A DNA stretch of 63,234 nt. Origin: a bacterium. GTDB taxonomy: Bacteria > Patescibacteriota > Andersenbacteria > UBA10190. Where the stretch lies: assembly GCA_043811915.1 (NCBI GenBank), contig JBDRMS010000011.1, forward strand, positions 1 to 63,234. The letters are read 5' to 3'. Made by a program: the position numbers and the translations under genes. The notes below the pieces were generated by a model that saw only the letters and a program-made list of their open reading frames with translations, did no database searches and was not told the origin of the DNA. Numbering within the stretch: position 1 is the first letter of the stretch; the number at the start of each line of letters is the position of its first letter. Below, one piece after another: positions 51,776-60,638 of the stretch.

Positions 51776-53003
51776 TCAACTTTTCCATCTCAAGCTGAAT
51801 CTCCGCCTGGCTCAAATTTTGCGGCAACAGCTCTTCAATTCGTCTACCCACATCCTGCTCAATGTTCACCTGGTTTTGCCCCGTCGGCACCACGATAGCA
51901 CCAGTGGCTACCTTGCCGTCTTCCCCAATCTGTACCCGGTGATACAGTGTGCCTCGTGGCGCCTCCACCACCCCTACACCTAAACCATATTTTCTGGTCG
52001 GCTGCGCCGGCGGCTCCTGCTTAAACTCCGTATTGCTTAACATCTCTACTGCACTATCTAGTGAATGCAAAATCTCAATGGCTTGCGCCAGATTATTGTG
52101 AAAAACATTCGTCGACGGAAACAGCTTTAAGGCTTCCTTGGCCTCCTGCCTCGTCTTTTCATGCAGCGTATTCTTCGATAAATTAAGCCGCGCCAGCGCC
52201 CCCACCATAAAAGATTCTCCCCGATATTGGTACCCGGAAGCCTGGGAATAGGGGATTACCACCCGCTCCAAATGATCCCGCCAGTCTCCCTCCGCAATCA
52301 CCGCCCCCGAATCATTTTTTATCTCTCCTTCCAGAAAAGTAAACGGGTTCCCCACCAGCGCCATGTAGTGCGTCTGGCGGTCAAATTTAAATTCACATTT
52401 CTTTAAAATATCAATCAGCCGCAAAACGGCCGGCCGCACGTCTTCAAGTTTTTTCTTAGCCTTGGTCACTTCTACCTGGTCCGGCACCTTTAAGAAACCG
52501 CCGATCACCGGGTTGATCGCGTGCACGCTGCGCCCGGCGATAATCTCCGCCAGATAGTTGCCCGCCGCCTTGATTGCAAACGCGTCGTGCAGCAACTGAT
52601 GCTGCTCCTCATCATTCTCGTCAAACTCCAGAAAGTTGTCTTTGCCATATATGTCCGGCAAAGCAAACAAGTACAGGTGCAAAGCGTGATCACGAATCAA
52701 CAGCGCCGCCACCGTCAGACGCTTCATCACCATACTCTGCTCTGACGGAGAAATCCCCAGCGCTTTCTCACACGATTCAATCGAGCACAACAAGTGCGCA
52801 TTGGAACACGTGCCGCATATCCGTGCCAGTAATTGCGGTAGCGCCACGTATGGCTTACCTCGCATGGCCTGGGTATAAAATCTCTTAAACTCCCTAATGG
52901 CAAACTCCACATTTTCCACTCTTCCGTTACGCACTTTCACCGTCAGTGAAGCCGCCCCCTCCACCTTTGTTATTTCATCTAAAGAAAGATCAATGTTGTG
53001 CAT
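51714..53003 (-). CDS. [NiFe] hydrogenase large subunit, cytosolic group-3-like (429 aa)
   Basis: N-terminal RICGTCSNAH and C-terminal DPCMSCASH nickel-iron ligand motifs, followed by a 7-aa extension FLKMKWA. Confidence 0.9.
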   Translation of the reverse strand: MHNIDLSLDEITKVEGAASLTVKVRNGRVENVEFAIREFKRFYTQAMRGKPYVALPQLLARICGTCSNAHLLCSIESCEKALGISPSEQSMVMKRLTVAALLIRDHALHLYLFALPDIYGKDNFLEFDENDEEQHQLLHDAFAIKAAGNYLAEIIAGRSVHAINPVIGGFLKVPDQVEVTKAKKKLEDVRPAVLRLIDILKKCEFKFDRQTHYMALVGNPFTFLEGEIKNDSGAVIAEGDWRDHLERVVIPYSQASGYQYRGESFMVGALARLNLSKNTLHEKTRQEAKEALKLFPSTNVFHNNLAQAIEILHSLDSAVEMLSNTEFKQEPPAQPTRKYGLGVGVVEAPRGTLYHRVQIGEDGKVATGAIVVPTGQNQVNIEQDVGRRIEELLPQNLSQAEIQLEMEKLIRAYDPCMSCASHFLKMKWA

Positions 53004-53469
53004 ACTTCCTCAAAGCCGCATTAACCAACTCCACAAACTGATCCGGGTTCATTGGACAACCCGGCAACTCCGCGTCAACCTTTATAATCTCTTTTAGCGC
53101 CTGCACTTTTTCCAGATGATGAAAACGCTCCATGATAAAACTAATTTCCTGTTTGGTTTTGGCATCAAAAGTATTGCGCTGGCCGGCCGGCATACCAATT
53201 ACTGCACACGCCCCCACCGCCACCACCATGTCCGACTTACTGCGTATCTCCTCCAGTTTCTTCTTTTGTTCCTCTGATGATATCGCCCCTTCCACAAAAG
53301 CCACGTCCAGCTCATCCAACACGTTCTTTGTCTGCAATACCCGCGCGTGCCTAAAGTCAATTAATTTACGCCACTCCTGCCAGTGATCATTCAGCACCTC
53401 CGTAAACACTATGGTCGAATCTTCACAACAGGTAAAAGTAAACCACCCCACCCGCAGCTTTCTGCTCAT
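52990..53469 (-). CDS. [NiFe] hydrogenase small subunit, truncated NuoB-like form (159 aa, four Cys, no Tat signal)
   Basis: WFTFTCCEDS, VAVGACAV and LPGCP correspond to proximal [4Fe-4S] ligand positions. There are only 4 Cys in total (C14, C15, C88, C138). No RRxF signal peptide. Confidence 0.8.
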   Translation of the reverse strand: MSRKLRVGWFTFTCCEDSTIVFTEVLNDHWQEWRKLIDFRHARVLQTKNVLDELDVAFVEGAISSEEQKKKLEEIRSKSDMVVAVGACAVIGMPAGQRNTFDAKTKQEISFIMERFHHLEKVQALKEIIKVDAELPGCPMNPDQFVELVNAALRKYAQH

Positions 53470-54431
53470 ACCTCAACCGGCGTCAGCGCCTCTCTATCCG
53501 CCAGCACCGCGATAATATTGTCCGCCGCCAGTTCTGACATAGCCGACCTCGTTTCCTGTGTGGCCGACGCCGTGTGCGGCGTCAATATCACATTGGTGCA
53601 TTCCGCCAAACCAGGAGCCAGTTCCGGCTCGTTTTCTAAAACATCCAGAGCCGCTCCCGTTATTTCCTTATTCTGCAAAGCCGTAACCAGCGCCGCCTCA
53701 TCAACCACTGGCCCGCGCGACGTGTTAATAAGTAAGGCAGTTTTCTTCATCACGCCCAGCCGTTCCTTGTTTATCAGATGTCTGGTCGCCTCGACCAACG
53801 GCACATGCAAAGACAGCACGTCCACTTCCGGCAACATAGTGTCCAGCTCGGGATAGAATTTAGCGCCTGTCGCTTGTTCAAATTCATCGCTTGGTTTCAA
53901 GTCGCTGTACGCCACTTTCATACCCAATCCGGCTTGTGCCTGCTTCCCTACTCCACTGCCTATCCTACCCAAACCAATAACTCCCAAAGTTTTACCTTGC
54001 AACTCTGTACCCAACAACAACATCGGCCGCCAGCCCTCATACTTTCCGTCTCGTATGAACTGGTCCGCTTCAACTATCCGCCGCGCCAGTGACGTCATTA
54101 AGGCAATAGTGTGGCCAACCACCGCCTCCGTCAGCACACCAGGCGTGTTAGTCACCACTATTCCTTTGGCCGCCGCCGCCTTGACATCAATATTATCATA
54201 GCCCACCGCGTAATTAGCAATTATTTTGAGCTGCCCGCCCGCCTCGCCAATTTCTTCCGCGCCGATCTTATCAGTTAACAGTGACAGTACAGCGTCATAC
54301 TCTTTCAATGCCGCTACTAATTCATCCCGCGATACCAAACTTTCCTCCTCCCGCATCACCACCTTGTGCCCCGCCTCTTTTAACTTGTTAACTCCCGCCT
54401 CCGGAATTTTGTATGTAATAAATACTTTCAT
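53466..54431 (-). CDS. D-isomer-specific 2-hydroxyacid dehydrogenase (glyoxylate/hydroxypyruvate reductase-like), 321 aa from the internal ATG
   Basis: GLGRIG NAD(P) motif and the catalytic R (TSRGPVVD), E (LENEP) and H (TPHTASAT). The start MKVFITYKIPE at 54431 is preferred over the ORF-track start at 54575. ATGA junction with the small subunit gene. Confidence 0.88.
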   Translation of the reverse strand: MKVFITYKIPEAGVNKLKEAGHKVVMREEESLVSRDELVAALKEYDAVLSLLTDKIGAEEIGEAGGQLKIIANYAVGYDNIDVKAAAAKGIVVTNTPGVLTEAVVGHTIALMTSLARRIVEADQFIRDGKYEGWRPMLLLGTELQGKTLGVIGLGRIGSGVGKQAQAGLGMKVAYSDLKPSDEFEQATGAKFYPELDTMLPEVDVLSLHVPLVEATRHLINKERLGVMKKTALLINTSRGPVVDEAALVTALQNKEITGAALDVLENEPELAPGLAECTNVILTPHTASATQETRSAMSELAADNIIAVLADREALTPVEV

Positions 54432-54540
54432 ACCCCCATCATAAAACTTTTTCTCTTGACACGCTATAATAATCTGGCTACCATCTTTCCGTTCCGTCCT
54501 TTGCCAATAAAATACCTTCCCCTTAAAAAAGGCTGAAACA

Positions 54541-54960
54541 ATGAGGCCAACAAAAAAGCAGCTCGATCTACTCAAACGCTACACAAAGCACGGCGCTCCC
54601 TTCCCTACCACTAAAGAGGCCTGCTCCACCTTAATTAACTTTCTCTTCTACGGCGAGCGTGGCCCGCAAAACAATTGCTCTGCCCGTCTCGCTCTATTCC
54701 GCCGATGGACCGGAGCCACCGTCAAAGTAGTCAGAAGCAACCACCGCTGTCGCGGACGCCTGGGCCAAGTAATTGGTTGGCGCATGCGCTCAAAAGACGA
54801 AATCGCGCAACTACTAAAAGCACCAGCGAGAACAAACAGCCCCTTTCCTTTTATGGCTATTGTCAGACTAGATAGAATCGACCGCCCCATCGCTTTTTCT
54901 CTGTCTGATCTGAAAGTAGTCAACCACGGCCGGCAAAAGCTCCTCTTTGACCTCATTTGA
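54541..54960 (+). CDS. Hypothetical protein (139 aa), divergent from the hydrogenase operon
   Basis: The ORF length is the only support. No family recognised. Confidence 0.4.
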   Translation: MRPTKKQLDLLKRYTKHGAPFPTTKEACSTLINFLFYGERGPQNNCSARLALFRRWTGATVKVVRSNHRCRGRLGQVIGWRMRSKDEIAQLLKAPARTNSPFPFMAIVRLDRIDRPIAFSLSDLKVVNHGRQKLLFDLI

Positions 54961-55051
54961 AATCCTAGAGCAGCCTCTTAACCCAGCCGTGCTTTTTTCT
55001 TTCTGGAAATAAAGCTGGACGGCTGTCCCCCAGTATCTAGACTGATATGAT

Positions 55052-57400
55052 ATGCACATTGGCCGCGCCAGCTTGTTTAAACTACTTCTGCCAGCAGTAC
55101 TAGTAGCCATCGCCGCCTTATTCCTTTCTTCTCTGCCTCAAGACCGGGAAAAGGAAGTAGCCGTGCCGACCGACGCCGGTCAGCCACACCTCACTCTAAC
55201 AACTGGAGAAAGTATCATCCAAACTTTCCTGGGTACCGGCAAGCCCATCGCCGGACTGGTACTATTCTCACCTCTGGAGAAGCTTGGGTTAAGGTCCGCC
55301 CAGGTAGAAATTTACGATCAGAACGACAACTTACTATCTAAAAGCACCATAGACCGCACCGAATATCGCAACGACAAACTAGCCCTAATTTTTGGCATCA
55401 AGCCAATTGCCACCAACGCCAAACAGCCTCTAAAAATTAAGGTGACTGGCTTAAGTAATCAGCCTGTCCCGCTACTCGTTAACGTAGAAAGTAATTATCT
55501 AGGCGGAAATCTACAAAACCACCAGTTATCCGGGCCAACCAGCGACATATCCTTTTCCTTAATTCATCCTTTGCCTACTCAATTTGCCACCAGGCAAGGA
55601 GTAAAAATTGGTTTAATTGTACTTCTGGGTAGCGTATTAATAGCCCGTCTGCCAAAACATCGCTACTTGACCACCACTTTGTTACTGATAATAACCTTAC
55701 CCCTGGCCACCGGCGGCTTCTGGTTCTCGAGCGGCCAGTGGGGCATGTCCGACTGGGATTTGTTTGCCCCCATGAATGAAGGCTACCGTCAAGCTATTAT
55801 CAATTATCACGCTTTCCCCTTCTGGAATCCCTACACCTTCGGCGGCGTGGCGGCCTTAGGTGACCCCGAGTTTCCTGTAATATCTCTAAGCTTTCTCTAT
55901 ATTCTGTTAGTCGGAGTTCCCCTCGGCTTTCGCCTGGCTATTTACACCTCAATAATTTTAAGCGGCCTGGGCATGCTCGCTTTAAGCAAACGTTTGGGCC
56001 TGACCGCCCAAGCCGCCCTGCTCACCGCCATTGCCTTTCCTCTTAGCACTTCCATACTGCATAGATTCGTGGAGGGGCATACCCAATACTTTGCCATCGC
56101 CTGGATTCCCTGGATTTTCTGGGCCTGGCTCGGCGCTTACAGAAAAAGGAGCAGCGGATTAATCTGCGGCCTCTTCCTTGCTCTCACTTTCTACCAGGGC
56201 GGCATATATATTCTCTTTTATATTCTGCCGGCCCTTATTGCATTCATCTGGCTAGCCCAAAAACCTTTGACCGCTCTTCGCACAACCCTGTCCGCCGGCT
56301 TGTGGTCGTTCGGTCTGGCCGCTTTCAAAGTTTTACCAGTCCTGGCCTGGATAAAAGAATTCCCCGATGACTTTTATCACGTCTCAAGTTTCTCTCTGCC
56401 CTATTGGGTCGACATCTATTTGCGGCGACACCTGCATGGATCATCAATTCTGCCCAATCAAAGTGGCGGCTGGCACGAGTACGGCTCCTACATCGGTTTT
56501 GTTGTTCTTGGTCTTGCCATTTTAGGCTTGTCGCAAATAAAAAGCTGCCGGGTAGTACGCGTACTGCTTTTGGGTTTTGTCACTACCTTGTTAATCGCCT
56601 CTGCCGGCCCGGCCCTGGTCCCTGTCTTCGACGTCATAACCTGGCTGCCACGCTCCAATATAACCCGCCTGGCAATTTTTAGCGTCTTTACAGCCGCACT
56701 GCTAGCCGGCCTTGGTCTTGATACCCTGCAAAAACACAGCAATCGGTGGGGACACTACCTTGCCCCCACTTTGGTTGGCCTTATTGCCATCGACCTAATG
56801 AGCCTGGCTTACCCCATGTCAGAGATGGCCTTTACCGTGCCGCCGGTTGTCCCATCAGTTATAGTAGCCCCCTACCCCATCGCTTATACTTCTGACACAT
56901 ACTCTGTCCGCATCAACGGAGTGGATGAACCACGCACCTACGCCGCCACTCTGGCTGGCTGGGGAACGCTAACCTACCGACCCAACACCGCCCCACCGCT
57001 GGCCGCCATACCAGACAACAAGTATATTCATTCCTCTGATCCCGCAGCACAAGTGAGACTAACATCGTGGACGCCTAACCAAGCACAGCTGGAAGTTATC
57101 ACCCGGCAGAAAACCACCATAACCCTAAACGGCAATTACTCCCGCGGCTGGCACGTTAACAATCAGTTAGCCGACAACAACAATGGCCGGCCAGCTGCCA
57201 CTATGCCATCCGGCCGGCATTTGCTCAACTTCGAATACCGTCCCTCCGGCTACCCGTCAGGCCTCATCATCACGCTCGTAACCATGCTGCTCGCCAGCCT
57301 TCAAATTATCTTTTTACTCCCAAAGACACCAGCGGCGTTCCGGGAAAACACACCGAGTAGTCAGTATGACCCAGCACCAGCGCCGGCGCCTTTGCTTTAA
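55052..57400 (+). CDS. Large polytopic membrane protein (782 aa), possibly a GT-C/YfhO-like glycosyltransferase
   Basis: N-terminal anchor plus a soluble ~170-aa domain, then more than 10 TM helices and a C-terminal soluble domain. The family assignment is tentative. Confidence 0.5.
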   Translation: MHIGRASLFKLLLPAVLVAIAALFLSSLPQDREKEVAVPTDAGQPHLTLTTGESIIQTFLGTGKPIAGLVLFSPLEKLGLRSAQVEIYDQNDNLLSKSTIDRTEYRNDKLALIFGIKPIATNAKQPLKIKVTGLSNQPVPLLVNVESNYLGGNLQNHQLSGPTSDISFSLIHPLPTQFATRQGVKIGLIVLLGSVLIARLPKHRYLTTTLLLIITLPLATGGFWFSSGQWGMSDWDLFAPMNEGYRQAIINYHAFPFWNPYTFGGVAALGDPEFPVISLSFLYILLVGVPLGFRLAIYTSIILSGLGMLALSKRLGLTAQAALLTAIAFPLSTSILHRFVEGHTQYFAIAWIPWIFWAWLGAYRKRSSGLICGLFLALTFYQGGIYILFYILPALIAFIWLAQKPLTALRTTLSAGLWSFGLAAFKVLPVLAWIKEFPDDFYHVSSFSLPYWVDIYLRRHLHGSSILPNQSGGWHEYGSYIGFVVLGLAILGLSQIKSCRVVRVLLLGFVTTLLIASAGPALVPVFDVITWLPRSNITRLAIFSVFTAALLAGLGLDTLQKHSNRWGHYLAPTLVGLIAIDLMSLAYPMSEMAFTVPPVVPSVIVAPYPIAYTSDTYSVRINGVDEPRTYAATLAGWGTLTYRPNTAPPLAAIPDNKYIHSSDPAAQVRLTSWTPNQAQLEVITRQKTTITLNGNYSRGWHVNNQLADNNNGRPAATMPSGRHLLNFEYRPSGYPSGLIITLVTMLLASLQIIFLLPKTPAAFRENTPSSQYDPAPAPAPLL

Positions 57401-58247
57401 GTTTTTCCTGCAAGTTACCCATCACATCATACACTTCGGCCAACCCCTGGCCGGTAGCTACCGTTTCCCCTGGCTTCACCAGGAAACGGGTGATGCCGAT
57501 GGACGAGATGCGCGGTTCATCCGAATAATGCAGGATTTTCGTCGCCTCACCCGCCGACCGCTCCCCGTCAGTGCTTTCCACCATACCCAGCTTGCCGAAA
57601 ACCGACCACAGCGCCTTAACCCCAACTTCAATGTTCTTTTCATTAATAACATATGACTCGCCCAGCTCCAGGCTGAACGCCGCCACGCCTTGCCTAAGCA
57701 TCGTGTAAGACAGCGTCCCCTGATATACATCACTGTCCAGTACTACCGGCATAGCCAAACTGGCCGACAATAACTTTACTTGATCATACACCTTTGCCGT
57801 CGTGGACCGAGGCTTCGGATCAATTAGGACATAGGGAATAGAGCGGCTCCAGTCATTATGTAAGTCAAGCACCACCGTCGGCTGGCTAGCCATAATCGTG
57901 GTACTGATCAGGTGAGCTATTCTTTCCGCCAGGGTACCGCTGGCCTTGCCGGGAAAAGCCCGGTTGAGATCCTCCTCAGAAATCGGCACCTGGCGCGTAG
58001 CCACCTCAAATCCAAAAGGGTTAATCAGCGGCAGTGCGCAAACTGTCCCCCGTCGCAACGGTTGCTCTCGTAAACGCTTAAATATCTCCTGAATTACTAC
58101 CACACCCCCTATCTCGTCACCGTGCACACCGGCCGTCAACCAAACTACCGGACCAACTTTAGCCGCCTTGGCTGATAAAACCGCCAGCTTCCGCTGCGTG
58201 ATCAGCGAGCGGAAAGACAAATCAATAAAATAATTCTCAAATCTCAC
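57306..58247 (-). CDS. Succinylglutamate desuccinylase/aspartoacylase (AstE/AspA, M14-like) family hydrolase
   Basis: AGVHGDEIGG zinc-ligand motif and a family-typical length of 313 aa. Confidence 0.75.
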   Translation of the reverse strand: MRFENYFIDLSFRSLITQRKLAVLSAKAAKVGPVVWLTAGVHGDEIGGVVVIQEIFKRLREQPLRRGTVCALPLINPFGFEVATRQVPISEEDLNRAFPGKASGTLAERIAHLISTTIMASQPTVVLDLHNDWSRSIPYVLIDPKPRSTTAKVYDQVKLLSASLAMPVVLDSDVYQGTLSYTMLRQGVAAFSLELGESYVINEKNIEVGVKALWSVFGKLGMVESTDGERSAGEATKILHYSDEPRISSIGITRFLVKPGETVATGQGLAEVYDVMGNLQEKLKAKAPALVLGHTDYSVCFPGTPLVSLGVKR

Positions 58248-58288
58248 AGACTCTCATAGTATCCCAGCTGCTGCTGCCGAACAAGAGT

Positions 58289-59452
58289 CTACGCATGCAC
58301 GCGGGCGCGACGCCGGTTGCCCCAATTGCGGCGGCGGTCAGGCGGCAGTGTCGGTAAAGACAGTATATCAATACGCTGCCGGACTGACCGCTCAATATCA
58401 CTGACTTCTTTTCGTTGATCGGGGGTGGCGAAAGAAACAGCCTTCCCTTTTTTGCCAGCCCGGCCGGTCCGGCCCACGCGGTGAACATAATCGTCGGGGT
58501 TATCCGGTAAATCATAGTTAATCACCAGCTCAATATCGATAACATCTATGCCGCGAGCGGCGATGTCTGTTGCCACTAACACCCGATGCTTTCCTGATTT
58601 GAATCCCTCAAGAGAACGTCGGCGTTGTGGCAGCGATAAGTTAGAATGCATTTCAGCCGCGTCGTGTCCCATACCGCGCACCGCTCGACAGATTCTCTTC
58701 GCCCCATATTTCGTTCGTGAGAATACCAGCACCGTGCCGCTATGATCAGTCAGTAATTTATCCAGCAATTGATTCTTTTGTTGCCTTTCCACCACATAAA
58801 GTTTTTGATCAACCCGTTCGGCCACGGTGCCAGAAACTGCTACTTCCACCCGCACTGGATTCACCATATATTGATCAACCATGCGCAGAATTTCCTGCGG
58901 CATCGTGGCAGAAAACAACATCGTTTGTCGCTGTCGCGGGACATGGTTCACAATCCGTCTGATTTGCGGAGCAAATCCCATATCGAGCATCCGATCCGCC
59001 TCATCAAGCACTAACACACCAACATTCCCAAGTCTAAGCGTCCGTTGTTCGAGATGATCATTTATTCGCCCAGGCGTGCCGACAATGACGTGCGGCCCGG
59101 CCTTGATTTGCTTTATCTGTTTTGGCAGGGCGCTGCCGCCAATAAGCAGCGCGGTGCGCAGACCCAGCGATCGGCCAATTTTCTGCAACTCCTCATCAAC
59201 CTGTGCTGCCAGCTCGCGTGTCGGCAGCACAATTAGGCCCCGCCTTTTCGTGCGAGAAATTTGTTGTATCAGCGGTACGGCAAATGCCAATGTCTTACCG
59301 GTACCTGTTTGAGCGATACCGATAACATCACGCCCGGCGGCGGCTTTGGGAATCGCCTCAATTTGAATTGGAGTCGGGGTAGTAAACTGCAGCTGCTCAA
59401 CAATAGCCAACAACTTGGGCGAAATACCTAGCCCGGCAAATTTTACGGACAC
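58289..59452 (-). CDS. DEAD-box ATP-dependent RNA helicase
   Basis: Q-motif, AQTGTGKT, DEAD, SAT, HRVGRTGRAG, and an Arg-rich tail. GTG start. Confidence 0.92.
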   Translation of the reverse strand: MSVKFAGLGISPKLLAIVEQLQFTTPTPIQIEAIPKAAAGRDVIGIAQTGTGKTLAFAVPLIQQISRTKRRGLIVLPTRELAAQVDEELQKIGRSLGLRTALLIGGSALPKQIKQIKAGPHVIVGTPGRINDHLEQRTLRLGNVGVLVLDEADRMLDMGFAPQIRRIVNHVPRQRQTMLFSATMPQEILRMVDQYMVNPVRVEVAVSGTVAERVDQKLYVVERQQKNQLLDKLLTDHSGTVLVFSRTKYGAKRICRAVRGMGHDAAEMHSNLSLPQRRRSLEGFKSGKHRVLVATDIAARGIDVIDIELVINYDLPDNPDDYVHRVGRTGRAGKKGKAVSFATPDQRKEVSDIERSVRQRIDILSLPTLPPDRRRNWGNRRRARVHA

Positions 59453-59592
59453 AACAATCTTATTAATAGTGGCTTAAACATGGCGACCCGAATCCGTTTG
59501 GGTCGTCTGTCGCACCATACGGTCAAGTAAAACCAATGAACTATTGATATGCCAATTAGACTTTTTTGTCAAGCCCCACTTTTAGGCATAAA

Positions 59593-60576
59593 ATGAACTC
59601 AGTTATGTTAAAAAAGATATCCTGGGTTCTTTTATACCTAGCAGCCTTTATACCGACTGGCTTTTCTCTCTATTATTTTTCGGAAAAGAACTTACTTCCA
59701 GCCCTTGTCGCCTCCGCAATCTCAATGTCAATTTACACCCTGCTCATTATTAAAAACTTAAGGTTTTTAAGCTCGGTGTCGTTTTTTACCATGCTTCTAG
59801 TGTCTTTACTAATAGTTTCTGTTTCTGGAAAACAACCCGGCGGCATTTTTCCCAATATCTCGGAGGAAAAATCTTATATGTTAGCCCTGTCATTGCTCAT
59901 ATTTTTTCTTCTGATTAATTCTGTTTTTTGGGCTAAAACAAAACATGGTTTTAAAAAACTAATATCCCTGCTCTGTACTGCCCTGTATGTTCTAATGTTA
60001 GCAACCGCTGGATCGGGACCCCCCTCGTATTATCAAAACTTTGTTTATACGCGGATTAATATATTAATACTTTTATTCTTTAGTATTTTCTTAATTTTTA
60101 AAAAGAAAAAGATTCTAGGGTTTCTTGGCATACTTCTATCAATCGGAACATTACTTCTAAGTGCCAGTATGTTCAAAGAAAAAGTCTATACCCTTGACGA
60201 CCAGGAACAAAAGAAAGTGGTTGCCTTCATTGAACCTATAGCTAAAGAAATGTTTGATTATTACAACAAAGAAGACTATGACAACTTTTGTAAATACTGT
60301 GGATTTGTTCTAAAAAACATGCTGAAAGCTAATCCCATAAACGACAAAAGAGAGCTACTTGGTCCCTATACTTACTTCGATGAGGTAAATATTGTTATTC
60401 GCAAAGGTGGCCGTTATTATGTGGAATACCCGGTAAAATTCCAAAAAGCAAAAAACCTGTCGTATTTAACATTTGTCATGGAAAACATTTCTTCCTCTGA
60501 TCCCAGTCTTTATGGTTTCGCAATTTCCGACAAGCCGGAGCAGTACACCCAGGCAGGATTTGAGATGGAAAATTAA
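59593..60576 (+). CDS. AT-rich gene for a multi-TM membrane protein with a C-terminal soluble domain
   Basis: About 7 TM helices, then the KEKVYTLDDQEQKK... soluble domain. Its composition differs clearly from the neighbouring genes. Confidence 0.5.
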   Translation: MNSVMLKKISWVLLYLAAFIPTGFSLYYFSEKNLLPALVASAISMSIYTLLIIKNLRFLSSVSFFTMLLVSLLIVSVSGKQPGGIFPNISEEKSYMLALSLLIFFLLINSVFWAKTKHGFKKLISLLCTALYVLMLATAGSGPPSYYQNFVYTRINILILLFFSIFLIFKKKKILGFLGILLSIGTLLLSASMFKEKVYTLDDQEQKKVVAFIEPIAKEMFDYYNKEDYDNFCKYCGFVLKNMLKANPINDKRELLGPYTYFDEVNIVIRKGGRYYVEYPVKFQKAKNLSYLTFVMENISSSDPSLYGFAISDKPEQYTQAGFEMEN

Positions 60577-60638
60577 GACCTGCAATCTAACAAAAAGGTC
60601 AGCCGTCATTTGCCTGAATTTTTCCTCTTTTACACTGC

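Noticed and set aside
54456-54470. Perfect TTGACA and TATAAT hexamers in the spacer between the hydrogenase operon and the divergent 139-aa ORF
   Set aside because: The two hexamers are separated by only 3 nt (TTGACA-CGC-TATAAT), so they cannot act together as a -35/-10 pair. The TATAAT alone may still be a -10 element for the plus-strand gene, but I cannot support a full promoter call.
54432-54575. N-terminal 48 residues of the ORF-track version of the 2-hydroxyacid dehydrogenase (start at 54575)
   Set aside because: The family alignment starts at MKVFITYKIPE (ATG at 54431). The extension would add an atypical hydrophobic leader and would overlap the divergent gene's start region.
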